A program made the position numbers and the translations under genes. Positions 39,375 to 48,603 of a DNA stretch of 64,000 bases are shown here, one piece after another. This stretch comes from Candidatus Latescibacterota bacterium. Its GTDB lineage: Bacteria; Latescibacterota; UBA2968; UBA8231. The stretch spans positions 1,568,001 through 1,632,000 of the forward strand of contig CBDAOB010000004.1 in the NCBI GenBank assembly GCA_965197905.1, given 5' to 3'. The notes under the pieces were generated by a model. It searched no databases. It had not been told where the DNA came from and saw nothing but the letters and a program-made list of their open reading frames with translations. Positions within the stretch are counted from its first letter, which is position 1. Each line of letters starts with the position of its first letter.

Positions 39375-40355
39375 TTATCCCCAGAGCTCCGGTCGCGGTG
39401 GATACACCCTGCCGTTTTCGAAGCTGAGTCCCGCCGGGCGGTCCTGCGCCAGGAGAAGGGGGCCGTCCAAATCGACGAATCGGGCATTTTGAGCCAGCAT
39501 CATCCCCGGGGCCATCGCCAACGATGTTCCCACCATACACCCAACCATCACCTCCAACCCCACAGCTTCCGCCGCCGTCAGCAACTCCAACGCCGCCGTT
39601 AAACCGCCAGTTTTGTCCAGCTTGATGTTCACCGCATCGTACCTGTTAACGATGGCTTCCAGGTCGGGTGTGGTATGACACGATTCATCGGCACAGATGG
39701 GTACCGGTCGTTCAATCTCTTCCAGCAGCGAATCCGCGCCGGCTGGCAAGGGCTGTTCGATCAGCGCCACATTCGCCTCGAGCAGCCCCCTCGATAGGGG
39801 TTCCACGGATTCGAAGGACCACGACTCGTTGGCATCCACGATGATGGTTGCCGCCGGTGCATTCTCCCGCACCGCTTGCACGCGTTCCAGGTCTTCGCCC
39901 CCTCCTAACTTTAGTTTGAGCAGCGGTTGCTCGGCATGCTGGCGCGCGGCTTCGGCCATCTCTTCCGGGCTGCCGAGACTGAGGGTGTAGGCAGTAATAA
40001 CCGGCCGCAGCACGTCGAACCCAACCATTGCGCCCACCGAGGTACCGGTCGTCTTGGCCTCCAAATCCCATAGTGCGCAGTCCAGCGCATTGCGAGCCGC
40101 CCCGGCGCCCATGGTGCGCTGCAGCTCGGCGCGATCCAACCCTCCGGCGACCGCCTCGCCCATAGCCGCGATGGCGCTTTCGACACCGGCCACCGTTTCC
40201 CCGTAGTGCGGATACGGAACACACTCGCCGCGGCCACGAACCCCGTCTCGCTCGATCTCGACTACGACCACATCGGCGCTATTTTTGCTGCCGCGGGCGA
40301 TGGTAAACGTGGAAGCCAGGGGCCACTGCTCTGCGGAAACCCGAAGCTGGGTCAT
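39375..40355 (-). CDS. dgcA: N-acetyl-D-Glu racemase / L-Ala-D/L-Glu epimerase (enolase superfamily)
   Basis: FTIARGSK, GAARNALDCALWD, KLKLG, VDANE, IEQP, CADES, NIKLDKTGGL, DLDGPL; downstream of dgcN. Confidence 0.88.
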   Translation of the reverse strand: MTQLRVSAEQWPLASTFTIARGSKNSADVVVVEIERDGVRGRGECVPYPHYGETVAGVESAIAAMGEAVAGGLDRAELQRTMGAGAARNALDCALWDLEAKTTGTSVGAMVGFDVLRPVITAYTLSLGSPEEMAEAARQHAEQPLLKLKLGGGEDLERVQAVRENAPAATIIVDANESWSFESVEPLSRGLLEANVALIEQPLPAGADSLLEEIERPVPICADESCHTTPDLEAIVNRYDAVNIKLDKTGGLTAALELLTAAEAVGLEVMVGCMVGTSLAMAPGMMLAQNARFVDLDGPLLLAQDRPAGLSFENGRVYPPRPELWG

Positions 40356-40376
40356 GAGCGAACAGCTCCCTTTGTA

Positions 40377-41375
40377 TTATATCGCGTCCACCAGACGCGC
40401 CGCGCCATGGCGCACCGCATCCACGGTGGGCAATCCGGTACTGCGTTCGATTGCTTGCAGTACTCGATCGGCCTCGGTCTCGCCATGCGCCGAGGTGTTG
40501 ATCGAGATGCCGATGGTACGGGACCGGGGGTTGGTCAACCGCCCTGCCGTGACGGTCTGTTCGATGCAATGCGCCAAGTCGGGCAAAGCTTGATCGGGGA
40601 TACCTCGCATGTGGGGTCGCCACGGATCGTGACACATCACCAGGCAATCTGCCTGGGACCCATGCAGGAGCCCTAGCGAAACGCCGGCGTAAGAAGGGTG
40701 AAACAGGGAACCCTGGCCTTCGATGATGTCCCAGTGTTCGGGGCGGTTGTCCGGTGTCAGCGCTTCGGTGGCGCCGGAGATAAAATCGGCTACCACGGCA
40801 TCGACGCAGACTCCGGCACCGGCGATAAAGATGCCGGTCTGGCCGGTGGCGCGAAACTCTGCGTCCATGCCCCTCGCCTTCATCTCTTTCTCGATCGCCA
40901 ACGCGGTGAACATCTTGCCCAACGAGCAGTCGGTTCCCACGGTGAGCAGGCGCTGCCCGGTGCGTTTCTTGCCGTTGCCGATGACGGCGTTGCCCTGGGG
41001 TTGCCGAACGTCGATCAGCTTCATCCCGTGTTGGGCAGCGCGTTCCGCCAGGCGGGGAGACGAACTCAGCTGCATATGTAGTCCGCTGGCCAGATGGTAT
41101 CCCCTGTCGAGCGCGCTTTCGAGGACCTCGAGCCAGGTGTCGGCGAGGATGCCCCCTCGGTTGGCCACCCCAACGATGAGGGTCTTGGCGCCCAGGCGAC
41201 TTCCTTCCTCCAGCGACACCTCCGGAATACCCAAGTCCGCGTTGCAGTCGGGCAAGCGGAGCTGCCCGACGCACCACTCCCGGCGCCACGTGGCGATGCC
41301 GTGGGCGGTCTTTGCCGCCAGCTGGTCGGCGGCATCGCCGATGAACAGCAGGTAAGGATGTTCGATTTCGATCAT
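40377..41375 (-). CDS. dgcN: D-glutamate N-acetyltransferase (DUF1611)
   Basis: PYLLF.GDA.D.LAAKTA, VGTDCSLGKM, ATGQTG, EGQGSLFHPSYAGVS. Confidence 0.9.
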   Translation of the reverse strand: MIEIEHPYLLFIGDAADQLAAKTAHGIATWRREWCVGQLRLPDCNADLGIPEVSLEEGSRLGAKTLIVGVANRGGILADTWLEVLESALDRGYHLASGLHMQLSSSPRLAERAAQHGMKLIDVRQPQGNAVIGNGKKRTGQRLLTVGTDCSLGKMFTALAIEKEMKARGMDAEFRATGQTGIFIAGAGVCVDAVVADFISGATEALTPDNRPEHWDIIEGQGSLFHPSYAGVSLGLLHGSQADCLVMCHDPWRPHMRGIPDQALPDLAHCIEQTVTAGRLTNPRSRTIGISINTSAHGETEADRVLQAIERSTGLPTVDAVRHGAARLVDAI

Positions 41376-41395
41376 GCTCTTGGGGTTTGACGCGC

Positions 41396-42610
41396 TCAGG
41401 GCCTAATGATGGTGCCATCCGCGCGGCGCGGGGGGTTGGTGTAACCCGGAGCCATCTCGTCCGGATCGAGCAGGGCTGCCGCTCTCTCTTCGTCGATATC
41501 TACGCCGAGCCCGGGCCGGTCGTTGGCATACAAGTACCCCCCTTCGAGGACCGGCGTCCCAGGAAACGCCTCCCGCTCTTCTGGTGTGAAATGGTTTTCC
41601 TCCTGGATGCCGAAGCTGTAGTTCACCAGATCAAGGTGCACCGCCGCCGCCTGGTTTACCGGATCGTTGTCGCCGCCTTGCTGCCAGGCCGTCTGCACGC
41701 CGTACCATTCGCATAGGGTGGCGATCTTGCGACACGGAGTGATGCCGCCGGTCTTGGAGACGCGGTTGCGCACGTAGTCGATGAGGCGCTCGGTGATAAG
41801 CGGCAAGTACTCGTGTGGGTTGACGAAATTCTCTCCCATAGCTTGGGGCGTCGTGCACTGCTCGCGGATGAGCCGGTACCAATGGACCTGCTCGGGCGCC
41901 AAGGCATCTTCCAAGAAGAACAATCGAAACGGTTCCAGTCTCTTCGCCAGAGCGACTGCGTTTTGTGGCCGCAGATGCTCGTGCACATCGTGGCAAAGCT
42001 TTGGCCCGAATCCGAGATTCTGGCGCAGGAATTCGAACAGATCCGTGATGGTTTCCAAATAGACCTCGTCGTCGAAGGCATCGCCTTCTACCCACGAATT
42101 CTTTGGACCGTGTGTTTTAGCCGGCACGTACCCACCTCCCCCGTAGCCGTCGCCGATTTGGCAACGGATGACCGGGAAACCCTCTTCGAGGTATTTCTCG
42201 GTCTCTTCTAGCAACGAGCCAAAGTCGTGACCTTCGGCATGGGCGTAGCAGGGGACCGCGCTGCGGCAAGCCCCTCCCAACAGCCTGTAGAGCGGCAGGC
42301 CGGCCTCCTTGCCCTTGATGTCCCACAGCGCCATATCCATTCCAGACATGACCGTGTTCATGAGGGCACCGTTGCGCCATCCGGCCGCGGTATAGGTGGT
42401 CTGCCAGATGTCTTCGATGCGACTGGCATCTCGCCCTACAAGGAGCGGCGCTAGCCATTCATCTATGGCCGCTTTGACGATCGGGGTCTGGTAATAATCG
42501 CTGGCCGAACCGATTCCGTAGAGGCCGGGTTGGTCGGTGATGATCTTGACGATCAACCAATGACCGCAGCTTCGTGTGCGGATCGCCCGAACCTCTTTTA
42601 TCTCCGCCAT
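41396..42610 (-). CDS. Mannonate dehydratase/RspA-like enolase-superfamily enzyme
   Basis: WRNG, DMALWDIKGK, HDVHE, FFLED, MGE, GGIT, FGIQE, PGLGVD, DGT. Confidence 0.88.
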   Translation of the reverse strand: MAEIKEVRAIRTRSCGHWLIVKIITDQPGLYGIGSASDYYQTPIVKAAIDEWLAPLLVGRDASRIEDIWQTTYTAAGWRNGALMNTVMSGMDMALWDIKGKEAGLPLYRLLGGACRSAVPCYAHAEGHDFGSLLEETEKYLEEGFPVIRCQIGDGYGGGGYVPAKTHGPKNSWVEGDAFDDEVYLETITDLFEFLRQNLGFGPKLCHDVHEHLRPQNAVALAKRLEPFRLFFLEDALAPEQVHWYRLIREQCTTPQAMGENFVNPHEYLPLITERLIDYVRNRVSKTGGITPCRKIATLCEWYGVQTAWQQGGDNDPVNQAAAVHLDLVNYSFGIQEENHFTPEEREAFPGTPVLEGGYLYANDRPGLGVDIDEERAAALLDPDEMAPGYTNPPRRADGTIIRP

Positions 42611-42788
42611 TCCACCTCTCTCCTTGGTGCTTGGCACCGTGCGGACGAGAGTATAGCGCTCCGTCAGGCGGCACACAATACAGAGAGAGCAGAAGGACTA
42701 GTTGGGTGTAACGGAGATCAGGTCGCGTCGGAACGCGGTGGAAGAACGCAGTCAGGGTGTGGCGAGAGCGCGCCGTCGGGCGAAGGTC

Positions 42789-43058
42789 TCAACCAGCCGC
42801 TTCGGCCAGATGCAGTTCGGCTTCGACGCCCGTGGCCTCTTCGTCCATGAGGCGCTTGAGCTCCCGCTGATACATGCGGAAGTGTAAATCACAGATACTG
42901 TGGGTGTAGTTGGCATACTCGTGCCGCTTGTCGTGTTCGATCCAACGGTCGTCTTCCCAATAGTAGAGGCGGTGCATCCTACAGTTGGGCTCCCAGCAGA
43001 CCGTAATCATGTCGCCAGTGGAGTAGGCTTCATCGAGTTCTATGCGAGGAGAGCGCAT
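42789..43058 (-). CDS. Small Cys/His-motif hypothetical protein
   Basis: ITVCWEPNC...W...YTHSICDLH; GAAAGGTG upstream. Confidence 0.6.
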   Translation of the reverse strand: MRSPRIELDEAYSTGDMITVCWEPNCRMHRLYYWEDDRWIEHDKRHEYANYTHSICDLHFRMYQRELKRLMDEEATGVEAELHLAEAAG

Positions 43059-43232
43059 GATCCGACACCTTTCCTATGGGCACTGCGTATTACGTACCAC
43101 CAACCGTTCTGCAGTCTTTATCGGTATATCCGCAAATTTCTTTAGTCGCGAGATTCCAGGCAGTGCGGACGGGAAGAGCCCCTGGTTGGCGGAGGTTATT
43201 CGGGCGCATCGGGAGACCGAGCCCTGTGAAAC

Positions 43233-43262
43233 AAAAAACCCACGAGCTTGGGGGCTCGTGGG
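43233..43262 (-). terminator. Rho-independent terminator of the MORN-lipoprotein pair
   Basis: 9-bp stem CCCACGAGC/GCTCGTGGG followed by T6 on the minus strand, ~35 nt past stop 43298. Confidence 0.8.
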
Positions 43263-43297
43263 CGTGAACAAAGATTGGGCGGGGCTATGGAGCGGCG

Positions 43298-44080
43298 TTA
43301 TCCGGGTGAGCAGGCTGTGGGATTCTGGACACAGTCGGCCTCCTCGATGCGGCGTCCATCCTGCCAGATCTCTTGCCGCGTTTTATGGCCATGCTCATCC
43401 CACCAACTCCACACTCCGCGTTCGATGCCGTTCCAGTAGGTGCGTTCATACTGCATGGTGCCATCCTCACGATACCACGCCCAGGCTCCGTCCCATTTGC
43501 CCTTGCGGAAGTTGCCCTCTTCTTTTTTTTGCCCGTTTTCGTAGTACCAGATCCACAGCCCAACCTCGAGGCCCTCCCTGTAGGCCCCTTCCCGCTCCTT
43601 GTTACCGTTTTCGAAATAATAGATGGAGAAATCACCAGCGGTGGCGAAGTGGGTCTCGCTGCGCATGGTGCCGTCAGCATAGTAGGTATTCTGCTGCAGC
43701 ATCGCCCCGGATTCCCAGACCTCGAAACTTATCATAAGATCGCCGGTTTCGTCGTAGTACCTCCAATCGCCGGTCTTCTGGTTGCGGAGAAACGCACCCG
43801 CTTCGCGCTGGTTGCCGTCGGCCCAGAAACTGCGATAGAACCCGTGCATGATGCGCCGGGATCCATCGAGGTAGTACTGGTACTCCTCGACCACGATGCC
43901 ATCGTCGTTTGACCGTGCGAACAGTTCGATCGGTCCAGCGGGCTGTTCGGGCCGGGCCCCCTCGGGCACGCTGACGCCGCCATCCTCGATCCCGCTGCTC
44001 GGTCCCAGAGGGGTGGTTCCTTCCTCTGACCCGCATGCAATAAGAACTAATCCGCAGAAAAGAACACAGGTCCATTTCAT
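43298..44080 (-). CDS. MORN-variant (YwqK-like) repeat lipoprotein, copy 2
   Basis: Lipobox LIAC; repeated YY.NG.K..EG...G...G.W units. Confidence 0.85.
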   Translation of the reverse strand: MKWTCVLFCGLVLIACGSEEGTTPLGPSSGIEDGGVSVPEGARPEQPAGPIELFARSNDDGIVVEEYQYYLDGSRRIMHGFYRSFWADGNQREAGAFLRNQKTGDWRYYDETGDLMISFEVWESGAMLQQNTYYADGTMRSETHFATAGDFSIYYFENGNKEREGAYREGLEVGLWIWYYENGQKKEEGNFRKGKWDGAWAWYREDGTMQYERTYWNGIERGVWSWWDEHGHKTRQEIWQDGRRIEEADCVQNPTACSPG

Positions 44081-44106
44081 GATCCGAACCTCCGCTGGGA
44101 ACATTT

Positions 44107-44922
44107 TCATCCGTGGATTCCGGTAAACTCGCGGTACTTTTCGACCTCGCTACAGGCCTCGGGATAATGGGCACATTCGAACTGCTCGATGCGGCGGCCG
44201 TTCTCCCAAACCTCTTGCTTGACCTTGTTCCCCTCTTCGTCCCACCAACTCCACACTCCACGCTCAATGCCGTTTGCGTACACCCTCTGATACTGCATGG
44301 TGCCGTTCTCTCGATACCATGCCCAGACACCGTCCCACTTCCCGTCGACGAAGGTCCCTTCCTCTTTGATGTTTCCGTTTTCGTAGTACCAGGTCCACAA
44401 GCCGATTTCGAATCCGTTCTTGTAAGCGCCTTCACGTTCTTTGTTGCCGTTCTCGTAGAAGTAGGTGGTCACATCACCGAGCTCGGTGAAGGCGGTCTCG
44501 CTGCGCATGTTGCCGTTGGGATAGTAGGTCATTTGCTCCTGGAGAGCGCCTCCGTCCCAAACCTCGGCGCTGATCACACCTTCGCCGGTTTCGTCGTAGT
44601 AGGTCCACATATGTGTCTTGGCGCCGTGGGTAAATGCGCCCGTCTCGCGGCGGTTGCCATCGTCCCAGTAGCGGCGATAATCCCCGTGCATTATGCGCTC
44701 GGCGCCGGACAGGTAGTATTGGTACTGCTCCACCACCAATCCCGCGGCATTCGACCGGCTAAACTGTTCGATGGGGCCTGCAGGCTGTTCGGGTTGGGCG
44801 CTTTCAGGTATTGCGACATCCCCGGCTTCGACACCGCTGCCCGGTCCCAGAGGAGAGCCGTCTTCAGACGAACTGCAGCCAAACAGAATCAGACTCGAAA
44901 GTAGGTAGTTGCGTATTCTCAT
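44107..44922 (-). CDS. MORN-variant (YwqK-like) repeat lipoprotein, copy 1
   Basis: Lipobox LFGC; same repeats; GAGGTG RBS. Confidence 0.85.
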   Translation of the reverse strand: MRIRNYLLSSLILFGCSSSEDGSPLGPGSGVEAGDVAIPESAQPEQPAGPIEQFSRSNAAGLVVEQYQYYLSGAERIMHGDYRRYWDDGNRRETGAFTHGAKTHMWTYYDETGEGVISAEVWDGGALQEQMTYYPNGNMRSETAFTELGDVTTYFYENGNKEREGAYKNGFEIGLWTWYYENGNIKEEGTFVDGKWDGVWAWYRENGTMQYQRVYANGIERGVWSWWDEEGNKVKQEVWENGRRIEQFECAHYPEACSEVEKYREFTGIHG

Positions 44923-45032
44923 AACCCCACCTCGTGAAAGGAGATAACCCGAATCCTAGAAAGGTGAAAAGCCGGAGGCAGATAGTCAAGAAAAAACTGC
45001 GTGCGCATACCTGGTCGGGGATCGGGGTCCGC

Positions 45033-45843
45033 TTAAGGCATCCGTGAATTCAGGCGTTTGATAGCACTTATTTTCGGATCGGCGAAGCCGTAGTCCAGCA
45101 GCAGCGGATGGGGCCATAGGCTTGACCCGAGATAGCTCGATAAATCAAAAGTCCGGTCGTAGATCAGAATCACCAACGGAGCGGTGACCATGACCTCTTT
45201 GCTCGCGTGTGGCTCCCGGGCACGCTCGGGGTCTGGCGTTGGCCGCCGCCGCCATTCAACAGCGAGACGATCAACTACGTGGCTCAGCTGGGTCTGATTC
45301 AACGCGTAGGTGTAGGCAGTCACCCCATGGCCGAATCCGACCGTATCTCCGTGCGCATCAACGGTTAGCAGCCCAATCAGGAGGAGCCAGGAGGAAAACA
45401 GACCGACATAAAGTACCCTATGTCGCGTGATGGCCTCCACGGAACAGTAGAGCGTCAACAGGTAGAAAAGACTCATCACCGATTCGGTCGCCGCTTCGAT
45501 GCCCCATTTTCAGAACGCGTTGCGGTTGAACCCCAACTACACCGATGCCAGTGAAACTGGCGAGAAGGTGGACGCCGATGTTGGCGAGACGAAATCCCGC
45601 CGGGTCGGGACCACCCAAAGCGTAGTTGAGCGCCAGACTGAGCCGAATCAGAGGGCGACTGCTGAGCGGGAGTTCGGGGCCGAGGGTCCACCCGCTCGGA
45701 GGCCAAAGCTGACGTAGAGACAGGTTGTCGAGGATCAGGATTTGATCGTCGAACACAAACGGATTGTGGACGCTGTTGGCGTACACCAGGGCGCACAGCA
45801 GGGTCAGCCAGAGGGCGTCGGCCCGCAGGAGAACGGAGAGCAT
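45033..45843 (-). pseudogene. TMTC/DUF1736-like GT-C membrane + TPR protein, scrambled and mostly deleted
   Basis: YANS..PFVFDD, RPL...SLALNY, TESVMSLFYLL, SKEVMVTAP..YD, WPHPL.LDY on the minus strand in non-canonical order; NSETINYVAQ and a TPR piece on the plus strand. Confidence 0.8.
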
Positions 45844-45858
45844 TGCCCGCGATCGGCG

Positions 45859-46468
45859 CTACCCGCCGAACGATCCTATAGAGCGCAGCCAGTGCGCGCT
45901 GCTCCGCGCCGCCTCGTCGGGTCCGCGCAGCCCGAGATCGAGATTCGCGGGCTCGTAGATGATGCCGAAGTTGGGACGCCCCACGCGGGTCAGCACGTCC
46001 AGGGAATGGGACGCCCCACGCGTCGACGCGCTCGAACAGACTGGCCGTGTGGCACTGATGGGCAAGCCGAATACCGCGCTCGTTGGCTTCGTCTGCTGCT
46101 CGTTGCGCCCACTGTATGTCCTCCTCGGTTTTCATGGCGATCCGCATGAGGTCGCAGTGCAGCGCGGCCGCCAGATCCAGGTAAGGGGCGATATTGCGCA
46201 GCGCTTGAGGGCCGTCGTCGGTGTTCTCCGGGATCGGAAAATCGCCGGTGACCATCGAAACCTCCAGTCCGCGCTGCACCAGGAGCTGGTACTGCTCATG
46301 AACCTGATCGATGGGCGTTTGGGTGCCCAGCTGCGAAGCGCGCATGTACAGGGCGGAGTACCCCGCGGATGCGGCGAGATCGGCGAGCTCCACCAGACCC
46401 AGGTCTGCTTGGCGTTTGTCGCGGAACTTCTCCACGATACGAGCGGAAACGGAGAGTTTCATAGACAT
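45859..46468 (-). pseudogene. Sugar phosphate isomerase/epimerase (TIM barrel), disrupted
   Basis: MRASQ, LAHQCH..SLFE, RPNFGIIYEPANL; frameshifting duplication at 46007-46022 and the C-terminal third missing. Confidence 0.8.
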
Positions 46469-46472
46469 CTGC

Positions 46473-47498
46473 TTATTCCTCTTGCTGTAACCAGTTGATG
46501 ATCGCCTCTCTTTCGGCGATCCCCTTGTACCGAAGCGATTCGACCGACATGCTGCGCAGCGCGGCACAGAGCTTTTCGCGGCGCCACCGATCCCGTCGCA
46601 TCGGCCCGACGTCCGAAAGGTAGGTGCGTATGGCGAACAGCGCGGCGTGGTCTTGTGGAACCCCCCAGATCACCTGCCGCTCTACCCGCAGGAACAGACG
46701 CGGGTCAGCGGGATCGAAGCGGCGGCTTTGCCAGGCCGCCCGCTCACCGGAAGGCAGGGAATCTGGCGGTTCGGGGTGATGGTTGAGGCGGCTGTCGGTG
46801 CTCAACCCCCAGACGAAACGCACATACGGACTATGGTCGATCATCGCGTCGACGATTTCGTGCGCGTTGCGGTTGGTTCGTTCCATGCCCGGCACCGGTC
46901 GGTGCACGGTGGCGAAGTCCCTGCCGATCTTCGCTTCGGCGGCCCAATGGCCGGGAAAGCACAGGTGCAACGCGGCCAGCCAGTTTTCGCCGGCCAAGCG
47001 GCAGACTACGGCGAGATCTTCCTGCAGTTGGCAGGCCAGCGCATCCAGGGCCGAGACATACGCAGGACCCCGCTCGGGCCGAGTCGACTCGCCCGTCAGT
47101 TGCCACTCGTCATCGAACCGTAGCCGTTCGCCGCTGAGACGACAGTGCAACATATGCCCGTCGCCCGCCGTATTCAAGACAAACACTTGCGGATGTTCCG
47201 TTGCCAGTCGCGCGGCGATAAATGCCGCCAGCGTCCGTGCCAGCAAACTGGAATAACGATCGACCTGGTAGTATTTGCCGAGGCGCTCCTCCCGCGCAAT
47301 CAGCTTGGCTTTTCGGTAGGAGGCGTAATAGTCATCGATTTGAAACAGCTGTCGGTCGGCAGCACCGTTTCCGAGGTCGGTGCCAAAGGCGATCAGTCCC
47401 GGCTTGACGTCGTAGACGCCTTTGGATAGCGGGAAATACTGCGCCTGATCCCGACCGGCGGAAGGTTGGAGTTCCTCAACCAATTGTTCTGTGCCCAT
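46473..47498 (-). CDS. Heme-dependent oxidative N-demethylase alpha subunit-like (DUF3445)
   Basis: QEDLAV, LCFPGHW...KIG..F..VH.PVPG, RFVWG, LRVERQ, FAIRTY. Confidence 0.85.
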   Translation of the reverse strand: MGTEQLVEELQPSAGRDQAQYFPLSKGVYDVKPGLIAFGTDLGNGAADRQLFQIDDYYASYRKAKLIAREERLGKYYQVDRYSSLLARTLAAFIAARLATEHPQVFVLNTAGDGHMLHCRLSGERLRFDDEWQLTGESTRPERGPAYVSALDALACQLQEDLAVVCRLAGENWLAALHLCFPGHWAAEAKIGRDFATVHRPVPGMERTNRNAHEIVDAMIDHSPYVRFVWGLSTDSRLNHHPEPPDSLPSGERAAWQSRRFDPADPRLFLRVERQVIWGVPQDHAALFAIRTYLSDVGPMRRDRWRREKLCAALRSMSVESLRYKGIAEREAIINWLQQEE

Positions 47499-47529
47499 CG
47501 TCGCAAAGATAATCGACGGGAGTACCGTC

Positions 47530-48591
47530 TCAACAATCCGCGGGCATATCCAGGGGTCGGTAGACGAGCTCGTAGTGGTTGCCGCCAAGACGACAGATCG
47601 ACATCAATTCGTCAAAACAGATCTCTTGCTCCTGCCGAGTGACCACCGGAAAGCCGTACTGTTTGCAGGTGTATTTGCGGGCCTCATCGGGCCATCTGCG
47701 CGTTGACACGAACGTCCGATGGCGCTCGAGCCGCTCGTGAAGATGTCGATTGGCGTACTCCACCACAGACTCGGTCATCGCCTTGATCTGCGCGGCCAGA
47801 CCCTCGTCGACCTCGAAACCTATACTGTTTCTGCCGGAGGCCATGGCCGCGGCGGTCGTTGTTCCGGTTCCGAGGAACGGATCGAGGATCCAGTCTCCGC
47901 GCACCGAAAACATGTTAACCAACCGGTAAGCCAGCTCGAACGGATAGGCGGCACTGCGGGTTCGCGACCTCGATTCACCAAGCTCTTGGCCGATCCCCTT
48001 GACGTCCATCCACACGTCGGAAAACCAGATATTGCGTTCCTCCCAGAATAGGGCACTCTGCCGCCGGATCTGCCTCTGCTCTTCATTGAGAAATTCTCGC
48101 TTCGAACCCTTTCTAAACACCAGAATGAATTCGTGCTCGAGAGTCACGTAAGCACCTGCCGGCAGCATGCCCGAACCCATGAACTTGGTCGGTGCGTTAG
48201 TCTGCTTGCGCCACAGGATCTCGGGAAGGGCGTTGAATCCAACCGCTCCCATTTGCTGCATGATGCGCGCGTGGTTTGGGTACAAACAGAAATCCCGCGC
48301 CAGGGTACGGGTGGCATCTCCCACATTGATACATGCGATGCCGCCGGGCTTGAGAATCCGGTGAAGCTGTTTCCAGACCTTGTCGAGCTCCGCGTGCATG
48401 AGCTCGAATGCGCGCGTTCCATCCGCCCGCTCGAGCGCGCTCGAAATCTCGGGATTGAGGCCGGCGAAGAGCGCGTCCCACATCTCGATCATCGGATACG
48501 GAGGCGATGTGACCACCAGGTCGATGCATTCCGGCTCCAGATCTACGAGGCCGGCTGCAGCGGTGAACCGTATAGTATGTTGGGTCTTCAC
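47530..48591 (-). CDS. Orphan beta-class amino-DNA methyltransferase (N4-C/N6-A)
   Basis: VTSPPY near the N-terminus, DPFLGTGTT near the C-terminus. Confidence 0.92.
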   Translation of the reverse strand: MKTQHTIRFTAAAGLVDLEPECIDLVVTSPPYPMIEMWDALFAGLNPEISSALERADGTRAFELMHAELDKVWKQLHRILKPGGIACINVGDATRTLARDFCLYPNHARIMQQMGAVGFNALPEILWRKQTNAPTKFMGSGMLPAGAYVTLEHEFILVFRKGSKREFLNEEQRQIRRQSALFWEERNIWFSDVWMDVKGIGQELGESRSRTRSAAYPFELAYRLVNMFSVRGDWILDPFLGTGTTTAAAMASGRNSIGFEVDEGLAAQIKAMTESVVEYANRHLHERLERHRTFVSTRRWPDEARKYTCKQYGFPVVTRQEQEICFDELMSICRLGGNHYELVYRPLDMPADC

Positions 48592-48603
48592 CTTGGGTAC
48601 GAC

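Noticed and set aside
43298..44922. Diversity-generating retroelement TR/VR pair
   Set aside because: Differences are not adenine-specific, both copies are full genes, and there is no reverse transcriptase.
45476..46567. 363-aa ORF as an intact isomerase
   Set aside because: After FERVDA it runs out of frame through unrelated sequence.
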